Shown here piece after piece: positions 1 through 11,237 of a stretch of DNA of 64,000 nucleotides. How positions within the stretch are numbered: position 1 is the stretch's first letter; each line of letters begins with the position of its first letter. The notes below the pieces were generated by a model. The model worked only from the letters and a program-made list of their open reading frames with translations. It did no database searches and was not told where the DNA came from. Where the stretch lies: NCBI RefSeq assembly GCF_964194155.1, contig NC_135903.1:30194001-30258000 (forward strand). Direction: 5' to 3'. The position numbers and the translations under genes are program-made. The DNA comes from Cetorhinus maximus (lineage: Eukaryota).

Positions 1-354
1 AGGTGAAATATAAGCTGGCTTAAAGGGGGGTGGGACAAGTAGAGCTGGATAAAGGGCCAGTGATAGGTGGAGATAACCAAAAGATGTCACAGACAAAAGG
101 ACAAAGAGGTGTTGAAGGTGGTGATATTATCTAAGGAATGTGCTAATTAAGGGTAGAAAGCAGGACAAGCAAGGTACAGATAGCCCTAGTGGGGGTGGGG
201 TGAGGGAATCGAAAAAGGCTAAAAGGTAGAGATAAAATAATGGATGGAAATACATTTTAAAATAATGAAAATAGGTGGGAAAAGAAAAATCTATATAAAT
301 TATTGGGAAAAAAAGGGGGGGGATCGGAAAGGGGGTGGGGATGGAGGAGAGAGT

Positions 355-1634
355 TCATGATCTAAAATTGTTGAACCCAATATTCAGTCCAGAAGGCTGT
401 AAAGTGCCTAGTCGGAAGATGAGGTGCTGTTCCTCCAGTTTGCGTTGAGCTTCACTGGAACAATGCAGCAGGCCAAGGACGGACATGTGGGCATGAGAGC
501 AGGGTGGAGTGTTGAAATGGCAAACGACAGGGAGGTCTGGGTAATGCTTGCGGACAGACCAAAGGTGTTTTGCAAAACGGTCACCCAGTCTGCGTTTGGT
601 CTCTCCAATGTAGAGGAAACCGCATTGGGAGCAACGAATGCAGTAGACTAAATTGAGGGAAGTGCATGTGAAATGCTGCTTCACTTGAAAGGAGTGTTTG
701 GGCCCTTGGACAGTGAGGAGAGGGGAAGTAAAGGGGCAAGTGTTGCACCTTCTGCAGTTGCATGGGAAGATGTCGTGGGAGGGGGTTGAGGTGTAGGGGG
801 TGATGGAGGAGTGGGCCAGGGTGTCCCGGAGGGAACGATCCCTGTGGAATGCCGCCGGGGGGGTGAAGGGAAGATGTGTTTGGTGGTGGCGTCATGCTGG
901 AGTTGGCAGAAATGGCGGAGGATGACCCTTTGAATGCGGAGGCTGGTGGGGTGATAAGTGAGGACAAGGGGGACCCTATCATGTTTCTGGGAGGGAGAGG
1001 AAGGTGTGAGGGCGGATGCACGGGAGATGGGCCGGACACGGTTGAGGGCCCTGTCAACCACCGTGGGTGGAAAACCTTGGTTAAGGAAGAAGGAAGACAT
1101 GTCAGAGGAACTGTTTTTGAAAGGAACAGATACGATGGAGGCGAAGGAACTGAGAGAATGGGATGGAGTTCTTACAGGAAGCGGGATGTGAGGAGCTGTA
1201 GTCAAGGTAGCTGTGGGAGTCGTTAGGCTTGTAATGGATATTGGTGGACAGTCTATCACCAGAAATTAAGACAGAGAGGTCAAGGAAGGGAAGAGAAGTG
1301 TCAGAGATGGACCATGTGAAAATGATGGAGGGATGGAAATTGGAAGCAAAATTAATAAATTTTTCCAGGTCCAGACGAGAGCATGAAGCAGCACCGAAGT
1401 AATCATCGATGTACTGGAGAAAGAGTTGTGGGAGGGGGCCGGAGTAGGACTGGAACAAGGAGTGTTCCACATACCCCATAAAGAGACAGGCATAGCTGGG
1501 GCCCATGCGTTACCCATAGCCACACCTTTTATTTGGAGGAAGTGAGAGGAGTTTAAGGAGAAATTGTTCAGTGTGAGAACAAGTTCAGCCAGACGGAGGA
1601 GAATAGTGGTGGATGGGGATTGTTTGGGCAACAA
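355..1634 (-). pseudogene. Penelope RT + GIY-YIG endonuclease, frameshifted
   Basis: RT motifs QIKGVAMG/MGPSYACLFM, YIDD, LPFLDL and HYKPNDSHSYLDYSSSHP. Endonuclease NLVYCIRC..C..LYIGETKRRL..RF..H, ending EQHLIFRLGTLQPSGLN. Motifs are split over several frames. Confidence 0.93.
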
Positions 1635-2114
1635 TCTTGTTGAAGCTCAATGCAAACTGGAGGAACAGCACCTCATCTTCCGACTAGGCACTTTACAGCC
1701 TTCCGGACTGAATATTGAGTTCAACAATTTTAGATCATGATCTCTCTCCTCCATCCCCACCCCCTTTCCGATCCCCCCCTTTTTTTTCCAATAATTTATA
1801 TAGATTTTTCTTTTCCCACCTATTTTCATTATTTTAAAATGTATTTCCATCCATTGTTTTATCTCTACCTTTTAGCCTTTTTCGATTCCTTCACCCCACC
1901 CCACTCCCACTAGGGCTATCTGTACCTTGCTTGTCCTGCTTTCTACCCTTAATTAGCACATTCCTTAGATAATATCACCAGCTTCAACACCTCTTTGACC
2001 TTTTGTCTGTAACATCTTTTGGTTATCTCCACCTATCACTGGCCCTTTATCCAGCTCTACTTGTCCCACCCCCCCTAAACCAGCTTATATTTCACCTCTC
2101 TTCTATTTTTACTT

Positions 2115-2153
2115 AGTTCTGTTGAAGGGTCATTCGGACTCGAAACGTTAACT
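2115..2153 (+). ncRNA. Minimal type I hammerhead ribozyme motif in the Penelope pLTR (variant core CUGUUGA)
   Basis: AGTT-CTGTTGA-A-GGGTC-attcg-GACTC-GAAA-C-GTT-AACT: helix I AGTT/AACT, helix II GGGTC/GACTC, palindromic AACGTT helix III. Confidence 0.75.
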
Positions 2154-3309
2154 GTGTCCCTCTCCGCAGATGCTGCCAGACCTGCTGAGTTTTTCCAGGT
2201 ATTTTTGTTTTTGTTTTGGATTTCCGGCATCCGCAATGTTTTGCTTTTATCTTAGAGTCAGGTTCATCTGACTATAGCCGTTGTGGGTTTTATTGTTGGT
2301 TTTGTTTGTTATTTGAATGTAAACTGGTGGTTTGAGAATCTGCAATGCGATATATCAATTAGCAGGTTTAAGAAAAGGAGATCATTAAACTCAGGAACTG
2401 GGAAAATGGGTGTTGTGGAAGAGATTAGACAAAGGTGGTGCAAGATTCCGGTTGCAGACAGACATGGGCTGGGGAAGAAGAGAATTCAACAGTGTATCGG
2501 ACATCTGGGCGGGGAATGGGGGGGTTGTATTAATGAAACCAGGAGATGCTAGGACAAATTAAGCAACTGAATGAGGGGGTGATGTAGCTATTACAGCAAG
2601 AAATGGAGAGTCAGGGAATTCAGAGAGAGCAGTCCCTGTGAACAATATCGAGTTTGGACATGAAAATGACAGACATTCTTGTTAGAATCCTGAAACAGCC
2701 TTGGTGGAAAGTTAATAGCTCTGGATATTGCAGTGCACGCCACCTACTTATCCCATACTCAAGACATCAGTTCCACAAACATGTTCATTCTTTTTCATTG
2801 TTTTATTTCTTTTAGCTAGATATCCTCTTTATCATCTTTAAGTAGTTTCCTCTCTTGGACCGACAAATTCTAATCTTCAATTGAAGCACATCAGATTAGT
2901 AAATGGGAATTTTACCTTCATTTTAATAAAGTGCCACATTACAGTTGGAATCTATGGGCATCTGTTTCTCAGACTGCCATTGTTTGCCCCTTTTTGCATT
3001 GAAGTTAGGAAAGATTTGGGACGTTTTATGAAAGTGACGGTGCCAGTAATTTTCAAAAGTGAAGTCTTGATCTGTCTCCTGGTTGCACTGAACTCCTGTA
3101 GCAGACCATCACACATTGGATTGAGTTCGCAACCGGTCTTATTTTCATGTTTAACAAGTGACTGTTAAATGTGGAGCAGCAAATGCCGATGGATTCCCCT
3201 GTTCCGCTCATTTCTCACCAAGCCATTGTGACATTTTAAGGGATCATTCTCCTGAAAAGAAGTGACTTACAAGCATTTATTTCTGTACTGATCTAATGGG
3301 GCCTGGAAA

Positions 3310-5097
3310 CAGGCAAAGTACCAGGGCCCATGACTTTTCTCCTGGGCCTTGCCACTGCCTCCTCTTCATCCTCTCTCTCACTTCCTGCTCCTGCTAATCT
3401 CCTAATGAGCTGTCTCCTTCCAGCAACTCATTGCCCTCAAGGTCCACACTTTCCTGGAGGGCCATGTTATGAGAGAGCAGTAGACGATCACAATGATCAG
3501 ACCCTTGCAGGAGAGTGTTGGAAGGCACCATTCAACAGGTCCAGGCACCAGGAATCATTTCTTTAGAAGACCAATGGCCTGCTCAATGGCTGTCCTACTG
3601 AGCAAGTGGCATTGGTTGTACCACCTATTTGTGTCTGTCTGGAGCTCTTGAAGGGGGGTGAGTAACCAATTTCCCTGAAGATCCATCCATGTACATTGGG
3701 ATTTGGAGTGAAGACCTGAGGCAGCCTGGACTGGCAGAGGTTGAAGGAATCATGGCAGCTGCCATGAAAGCGAGCATAAATGTGGAGGAGGCCCTTGTTG
3801 TGGTCGCGGACCAGTTGGACATTGAGGAAGTGGAGGCCTTTCCTGTTGATAGATCACACTGGCCAGTCGTTGGGTGTCCTGATGGCCACAGTCAATGATA
3901 CCGGACACTTGGGGAATTTAGCGATGGAGGTAAAATCCAATGCCCTCTGTTCCTCCAAGACCTTGTCTGTCGTAGTGGTGTGAAGCCATTTTTCAGATGC
4001 TACTAAGGTCCACAGCTGATCCTAGGAAGGAGCCAGAAGTGAAGAAGTTCATGGCCACAGTAATATTGATGGTCTCTAGTTGGGCATGGTGCCCAGTGCT
4101 GCAAGATCTTGAGGATGAGGTCATGAGTGTCTGTGACCATCTGCCTGGAGGATTGCAGTCTCTTGTGGCACTGGTTCTTGGCCATCACTAGGTAGCCAGA
4201 GTCTTCAGTGGTAGATCCTGTGGTGAGGATGTGGGGCAGGATGAGTTCAGTGAGCAGGGGGGTGAGACTGACTCGTCGACGTGTAAAATGACGCGGGATG
4301 ATGTCAGGCGGAGCTCCCAATGTCACCCCATGTCATTACAATTTTCAGGTCGATGGGGATGCAGCTGAATCAGCTGTGCGCCCGCCAACCTGTCAATGGC
4401 CAATTGAGGCCATTTAAAAACTAAGTGAAGTAGTTAAACAACCTGCCCATCCAATCTTAGAGTTGGCGGGCAGGCCGGGAGCCCTGGCGGGCTTCAGAAA
4501 AAGCATGAAACCTCATCCACGGGCGGGATGAGGTTTCATGTAGGTTTTTAAAAATTTACTAAAAATTAAATTAGTCATGCCCCCATTGCCAGTGGGAACC
4601 ATCCTTCTGGGCAGGTGGCTGCCCAATAGTCTTGTCCTCTGCTCTTTTGGCCCCGCAATTCTGACCCAATTCAAAGCCCAGGTGCTGAGTGCCCACTCTC
4701 TCTGCCAACTATGCAGCACCTATGTCACCCTCTTAACAAGCATCAATCTCCCCTTTGCCTCGATGATCCACTTATGGGTCTGGGGTGATGCCCTGAGGCT
4801 GCCGGACTGCCTCTCCACTGCTTACCCACCTCCCTTTAGCTGTTTCTTTACTTAACCCGTGCACCCCTTAAAAAATTTAAACTTCAAACCTTGAAAAACT
4901 CTTAAGCTTTTAAACAGCTTTAATTGGCCTCAATTGGGAGGAGAGCAGTATACCTGTCGCACCCTCATCCCCACCCGGGTGATTATTGCCGACGCCAGGA
5001 ACAGTGGATTGAAACTGATACACCGCTGGGCACTAATATTTTCAGGCATCTCCCCCCTCCCTTCCCGACTTCGAAGTGGGGGGGCAAAAATTCAGCC
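3310..5097 (-). mobile_element. Decayed PIF/Harbinger transposon (transposase remnant ~3340-4240), with a nested Harbinger terminal fragment at ~4234-4575
   Basis: Minus-strand peptides YNQCHLLSRTAIEQAIGLLK and TVAMNFFTSGSF. Terminal AAAATTCAGCC (reverse complement GGCTGAATTTT) ends at 5097. Confidence 0.75.
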
Positions 5098-6290
5098 AGT
5101 TAATCCTACCACAAACCACACAAATTCTGCAAACACTATAGTATGAAATAGAATCTTGAATATTGTTTACAGGAAACATTTTACCACAGGCAGGATATTT
5201 ATTTTTTAAGAAAATGACAGACACTTCGTCGTTGGGATCAATTACATGCTGAGGAGATTTACATTAATACCTTAATTCCCTTTGAAAGAATGTAAATGTT
5301 TTATCACAGGTCTGTGTAAAGAGGTACGTGTAACCGGAATAAGACACACCGAAGACAAAACCTCTTTGGTCTGATCTTGTAGGGCTCGTAACATGGCCCC
5401 AATTCTTAATGAAATGGCACCCAATTTAACTTATTTGTTCTGTGGCCTTCATAGACTTCTTAGTCTCAATCCTACAATATAGTTTGATAACAGATTCTAG
5501 TGCATATTTCCAATGACAACGGAGTAGAACATGTGAAAGCATTGAAAATGTACCTTGCCTCAGGCAAGATGGCTTTCACAGGCATACTTAACACTTCATT
5601 ATTTTCAATTATTCTAACTTTAACATGAATAAACACGAGTGGGAGAGTGAACTCAAAGGTTGAAATAATCCATACTTGGCAAGCAAGAGGCTGTTTGCGA
5701 ATGCCTTGTTTTGATTTAATTCTTTCCGTTCAAATACATTAATTATTTTTGAAAAACCACAGTACAATCAGGGAGGTCTGTCTGACAAAGTGAAGATGGG
5801 CTTCAGCCGCGCCTCACTTTTGTGCTAATTGCAGCACTCCCTCATACCAGTTTCAGATCGATAGATACTTGCACGATACAAAGAAAGGCAGTTTGTCTAT
5901 GCAGATCTGAAAGGAAACTTTAAAACGAGAGTTTCATGCTTAACACAATGTAACATATCCCTGCAACATTTTCTACCTGTTCCCAGCCCTGTCACAACAA
6001 TGTTAAGCCATTTCTTAACACTTGTACCACTTGACTTAAACTTCTAAACCTTCATATTTTTCTTTATACCTTTATCAAATACTCAGAGGGAAGGTCTCTC
6101 GCTTCTGAGTCAGAAGACTGATTCTCCAGAGTGCTGCACTGTAAGCTCCTGTCTTTCAGGTGAGACATTAAACAGGTGTCCTGTCTGCCCTATCAGGTGG
6201 ATATAAAAGGTCCTGCAGTACTATTTTGAAGCAGAGCAAGGGAATTTTCCTTAGTGTGCTGCAAAATATTTATCCTTCAAGCAACATAAT

Positions 6291-7425
6291 TGTCATGACA
6301 GTGGATCACAGCCCTGAATTACTTACTGACATATTGAACTTGTTAAGTAAGATATGTGTTTTTAAAAAAGACCTACAAGCAAAAGCTGGGTGAGAATGTA
6401 AAGTTACCACTTTCTGCAAAATTCCTATGTGGATTATACTTGACTGACTAGTCCAAAGAGATCCTGGAATGTCACACCTAAAAAGGTGCCAAGGCCCAAT
6501 TCATTCAGAAACACTTGAAAGGAAGAAATGCAATGTAAAAGGCTGGACTTTAATCTCCTGTGGTTGAGGAGACAATGGGGACTGATCACCATATCTCAGC
6601 AGAAACCATCTCCTTTTGAGTAATATCTCAGGATGTGGTAATTGCCTGAGTTGAAAGAAAGCAGATTCTGGGTGAAAGACATGTTTGTTTTTCCCTTCCA
6701 GGAATACACAAGAAAAAGGGTTAAAAAGCCAAACCTGCTCTGTGTGTTCTAGTTCTGGTGTGCTAGTGTGTGCTATGAAGGTCACAACAGGTGAACATCA
6801 ACTGGACATCCCTGCAGCTTACAAGTAAAACTCTCTCTCTTTTGCTGGAGGCAAGTCAGCAAAGCCACAGTCAAAAAGGAAAGGGGACAACCCCTTCAGC
6901 TAACCTGCAGAACCAAGTGTCTCCAAACGCACTGCACAACTGCTTTAGTCAGCTTTACCGGAATCACTCAACTTAATGGCTGCAACATTTCGCCATCTAC
7001 TCCTCACAGACAAGCTAAAGACTGATTTCTATATCTTTTCTGGCTTTAAGTTTTGGACTCGACTTCTCATTCCTGATCTGTGTGTGTGTGTGTGTGTGTG
7101 TGTTGCGTTTTTATTATTTTTTCTCGGGGTTTTAGTAACTAATAAACTTATTCTTCCTTTGACTCAAGAAAGCCTGGTTAAATTGGCTCCTTCTAAAACA
7201 TAAATGTATTTGGACTGGGGAAAGGTATCCATGAGGGAACGGGTCCATTTTAAATTAAACCTTGTTGAGACCAACCGAGGAGGTTGAATAAAGAAGGGGA
7301 GGCAGCTCATTCCTCCTCACCTGGAAACATAAAATCGGGATCCCATTCGGGAAGTTAACAATTTGGGGTATCTCTTCCAGGATCATAACAAATTGGGGGA
7401 CGTCGACTGGAGACCAGTCTTAACA
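6291..7425 (+). mobile_element. Solo LTR (ERV/Gypsy type) inserted in the SINE
   Basis: TGTCATGA...TTAACA termini exactly interrupt the SINE. AATAAA at 7141 and 7288. Degenerate TSD ATAAT/ATCAC. tRNA-Pro-like PBS units at the 3' end. Confidence 0.7.
7079..7102. repeat. (TG)n microsatellite
   Basis: Direct TG run. Confidence 0.95.
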
Positions 7426-8304
7426 ATCACAAAAACAGATTATCTGGTCACTCTCACATTGTTATTTGTGGGAGCTTGCAGTGTGCAAACTGGCAGCCAA
7501 CTGCCCTTCAGCTCTTGTCTTTATTACAACAGTGTCTTCAAAAGTACTTCATTGGCTGCGCAGGACTTTGGCGTGTCCTGAGGTTGAGAAAGATGCAATA
7601 TAAATGCAAATCTTTCTTTTATTTGGTTCTTCCAGCTAATCACCTATTTTCCCAAGAGAAGAAAGCTAGTGAGCTATTTACCCCTTGCAGCAACTTTCCT
7701 TGCTTTGCAATGTGTATCATTTACGTGTTATCAGTGATCCTTTTTGAGCTCAGATTACAAATATTCATGCTCCAAACATCTCATATTTCTAGCGTATTGT
7801 GTAAAGGAAGTTTTTCCGGATCAAAAAAGTTACTTTGCTCATGTGTGGTGTATTTTGCTTGTGTTACGGAGTTTGGGCAATTATCTTACACACTTTATAT
7901 TAAAGTGTTGCTTTGTGGGACAATGCTGCATTATAAGCAAAGGAGCATACATGGTTTCAGGTGCAGACAACACTAGCTTGTGTCCTCACTTCATTCACAC
8001 TGCAGGAAGATGTAAATGGGCGCTGACAGTATTGCCTGCCGTCAGGAGTGTCTCTTGTCCTACTTGTGGGTTTGCTATCAGCCCATCTGTACCAGCCAAT
8101 GATGCTGTTATATGGCCCTTACTTACTTACAACATTGGGAAGATCCAAAGTCAGCCGTGCAGAGTTGGGCATGTTAGCTCAGCAGCTGTGCACCTATAAA
8201 TTGCAGACAGCAGTCCCAGTTTTGTGGCAAGTGCTCCAAATATGCCCCATGGATAAAAGGGCTGAATTCAGAACGCAAGCAGTCTTATTTTATTGAGGCT
8301 TAAA

Positions 8305-8727
8305 GAAAAAACAACACTTGCATTGTTAAAGCACCTACCACAAGCACAGAACGTTCCAAAGCATTTTACAATCAATGAAGTACTTTTGAGGTGTAGTCAA
8401 TGCTGTAATGTTGGGACATGGCAGCCAACTTCTGCACAGCAAGCTCCCATGAACAACAATGTGGTAACTGCACCTTAATTGGAGGATAAATATTGGCCAG
8501 AACAGGAGGGATAGCTCCCCTGTTCTTCTTTGAAATAGTGCCATGGGATCTTTTACATCCACCCGAGGGGCCTTTGTTTAATATTTTATCCAAAAGACAA
8601 CGCCTTCAATGCCTGAGTGCTGTGCTAGAGAGTCAGCCTTGCTGTTTGCACTAAAGTCCTGGAGTGGGACATGAATCTACAACTCTCTGGCTCAGAGATG
8701 AGCGTGCTACGTGCTGAACTACAGCTG
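8305..8727 (-). mobile_element. Deu-domain SINE (SacSINE1-like), near full length
   Basis: Reverse complement of the same Deu core and tail seen at 6085-7620, with a tRNA-like head near 8660-8727. Confidence 0.8.
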
Positions 8728-9790
8728 TTTATTTATATGGGATATCAATGAGTGATAAAACTGACCGAAAAACGATGATAAGGTGGAAGTAGAGCAGTAA
8801 TGCTGTCAACCTATATCTTTCATTGAATGACTGGGCCTAGCTGTAACAAATTATCAGTGCTAGGAAATAGAGGAGGATGGAACAGTTAATTGCACTATAT
8901 TATTGCCAGCATCCTCTCTAAACACAGGTTACTGCCAATGGTAACACCTGGCACCTGTTCTTTTTATTCACATTTCCAATTGGAGGACAGTAGGTGGACA
9001 GGTAAGAGTCCATTTTCCTGAAATGACTTGTTTCCTAAAGCTTATGATTTATGAAAATGCCTCACTTCTCTCAGTGTTTTTCTTGGATGAGATAATTAGA
9101 GGAAGCTAGAAGGTACAGATGAAAGAATGCTTTGTTCTGTTTTTTTTTTCCTATTTATGTAAATGTTTTCACCTATCAAGAAGTACACGATACTTGAAGA
9201 TCAAAGGATTGTTGGAAATGAAGAATCCTTGCAGGTGTTGTCAAAGATATTTCACATTCTTCCCGGCTATCAAACAAACACTGTTTGTCTCCTATTCCCT
9301 CAGGCTTCTATTGATGGCATTTCTTATTCTCTATGCTTATGAACCACTGCATTAAGTAGGCAGACTTGAAGAAATCAATGAAAACAAAGTTATACTGTTC
9401 ATAGTTACTATAGTCAGTTCCTCTTAAAGCCTGCCTTCTCTTTTAACATTACACAAGGCTGCACAATCCTCCAGAGACTTTAAGACGATCTTTTAAAAAT
9501 AATCATTTAGTATGTACCCATTTTTGATGTGAATTGTGCACTGATCAAGGTGAGGAATTTCTGCAGGAGCAACCAAACTGAGCCAATTACCGATCGCTTC
9601 ATGTGGATCAAACTTCACATATTACATGGTACAATCAATTGAAGAATATTTATTTACATTTGCAATGATAAAATCAGCAGAGTATTTCAAAGGGTTTTCT
9701 CATGTAAAAGAAAATTGTTGCCCTCTGATTTGTAATCTTAAAATGGCTCCCCATGCAGCAATTTCCCCTCCATCTAAGATTAGTAATTTG

Positions 9791-10033
9791 ATCATACGAT
9801 CATATGAACAAAAAGCAGAAGTAGGCCGATAAGCCCCTCAAGCCTGCTCCGCCACTTAAGATCATGGCTGATCTGATAGTAAACTGAAATCTGCATCCCA
9901 CCTACCCCCGATAACTTATTACCTCCTTACTTACCAAGAATTTTTTCCACCTCTGCCTTAAAGATATTCAATGACTCTGCATCCATCACCTTTTCAGGAA
10001 GAGAGTTCCAACGACTCACGACTCTCTGAGAGA
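9791..10033 (-). mobile_element. CR1 LINE 3' end fragment
   Basis: Matches the reverse complement of the CR1 tail at 25800-26030 (GTAGGCC..AGCCTGCTCCGCCA..GATCATGGCTGATC). Confidence 0.8.
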
Positions 10034-10036
10034 CAA

Positions 10037-10270
10037 TATTTATTTATTTATTTATTTCTTCCTACCTATCTATCTATCTCTCTCTATATATATCTCTCTA
10101 TCTCTATCTCTCTCGCTATCTTTCTCTCTATCTCTCTCACCATAATCTTATTGAATGGCAGAGCAAGCTCGATGTGCCAAAAGGACTGATCCTGCTCCTA
10201 TATATGATCTTATGAACTCTCCTCTTCTCTCTTCCCCCCTCGCTCTTCTCTCTCTCTCACTCTCTCTCCA
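10037..10270. repeat. Low-complexity TTTA/TCTA/TC repeats surrounding a short plus-strand CR1 tail (10140-10215)
   Basis: Direct inspection; the CR1 tail reads TTGAATGGCAGAGCAAGCTCG..CTGCTCCTA. Confidence 0.8.
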
Positions 10271-10299
10271 CCGCCTACAGCATGTGCCTAGTTCTTATA

Positions 10300-11237
10300 T
10301 TGCTGTTGGCCAATCTCAATGGGAGCTCCTATTTCTGGAGACAACATACTCTCATTTTTTCAAAACCATAACCTGTATCAATATATTCTACACAAACAAA
10401 GAGCTAATACACCTTAAAAGTGACGTAAGAGAGTTTTTATAACCATGAATAACTTGGAGAAAAAGCACCACAGACATGGATATCAGTTCACATGATTGCC
10501 AAGGTCCAGAAAGTCAGAGTCCAATGAGGTTTCCTTCACAGAGGAGCTACAGTTCAGCTAGCTGAAGCAGGATTATGCAGAGTTCCTTTAAAATTGATGG
10601 TGACACAGCGAGATGGGGTTGGTATACAGAGACTTGGTCTGCTCAGCAGGTGATGGCAGGAATCTTCCAGGGAAACAAGGTTCAAGGAAGCTTAGACTTG
10701 ATGCAGACTGTTGGTCAGCCTGGAGTCCAGCTGTGATGTTTGCAGGCTAGTATTTAAACAGCAAGTTTCAAAATGTAATATTAAAACTTTCCAAAGGCTG
10801 GAAGCTTAGGTCATGTGATGTGGCCCATTAACGAGTTTGTTGTAGGCTAGCAAGCAGCTTCCATGCCTCTGGTCAAAATCCATTGTTCACCTAAGGATAT
10901 AAATGGTGGCTTTTACTGCCTCTGCAGGCTTAATGGGTTTTAATGGCTTCCCCTTTGTTATAGGACCAGGCTGGGGAGATGGATTGTCTGCTGGTCTCTG
11001 GTTTCATTGATTGTAATGTGTCCTGACAATGAGAGATGTGAGATTCCACAAGGATGAGGGCTGAGTTTTCGTCCTGTAACTGTTGTTGGAAATTTCCAGG
11101 AATCATAGCTGACTTGTGAATTATGTGACCTGTAGCAGCCATCTTTTGGTTCAGCAAAGTCCACTTTCTAAATAAGCAAAAAAGTAAGGTTTGATTTAAA
11201 CAGTTTATGATCTCTTTCATGTTTTAAGGACATGACA
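10300..11237 (-). mobile_element. Possible LTR-like sequence
   Basis: Ends in CATGACA, the reverse complement of the TGTCATG start of the 6291 LTR. Left end and TSD not found. Confidence 0.3.

Larger units (their letters stand above)
1..2253 (-). mobile_element. Penelope-like retroelement (family A), 5'-truncated, with an inverted pseudo-LTR; continues beyond the left window edge
   Basis: Minus-strand RT and GIY-YIG remnants at 355-1634. Bases 1641-2097 are the reverse complement of 1-454 and continue to a T-rich tail near 2253. Confidence 0.93.
6085..7620 (+). mobile_element. Deu-domain SINE (SacSINE1-like), split by an LTR insertion at 6291-7425
   Basis: GTGCTGCACTGT..GTCTTTCAGGTGAGACATTAAAC..CAGGTGGATATAAAAG..AATATTTATCC, resuming at 7426 with ATCACAAAAACAGATTATCTGGTCA and ending in an L2-type tail ATATAAATGCAAATCTTTCTTTT. 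Confidence 0.8.

Noticed and set aside
7326-7425. CRISPR array interpretation of the 30-bp periodic units
   Set aside because: Eukaryotic context, no cas genes, and the repeat is only ~6-9 bp. The units resemble LTR end plus PBS.
7363-9832. Short ORFs in unique or SINE sequence (representative of most of the ORF track)
   Set aside because: No recognisable domains or splice context; consistent with chance ORFs or antisense frames of repeats.
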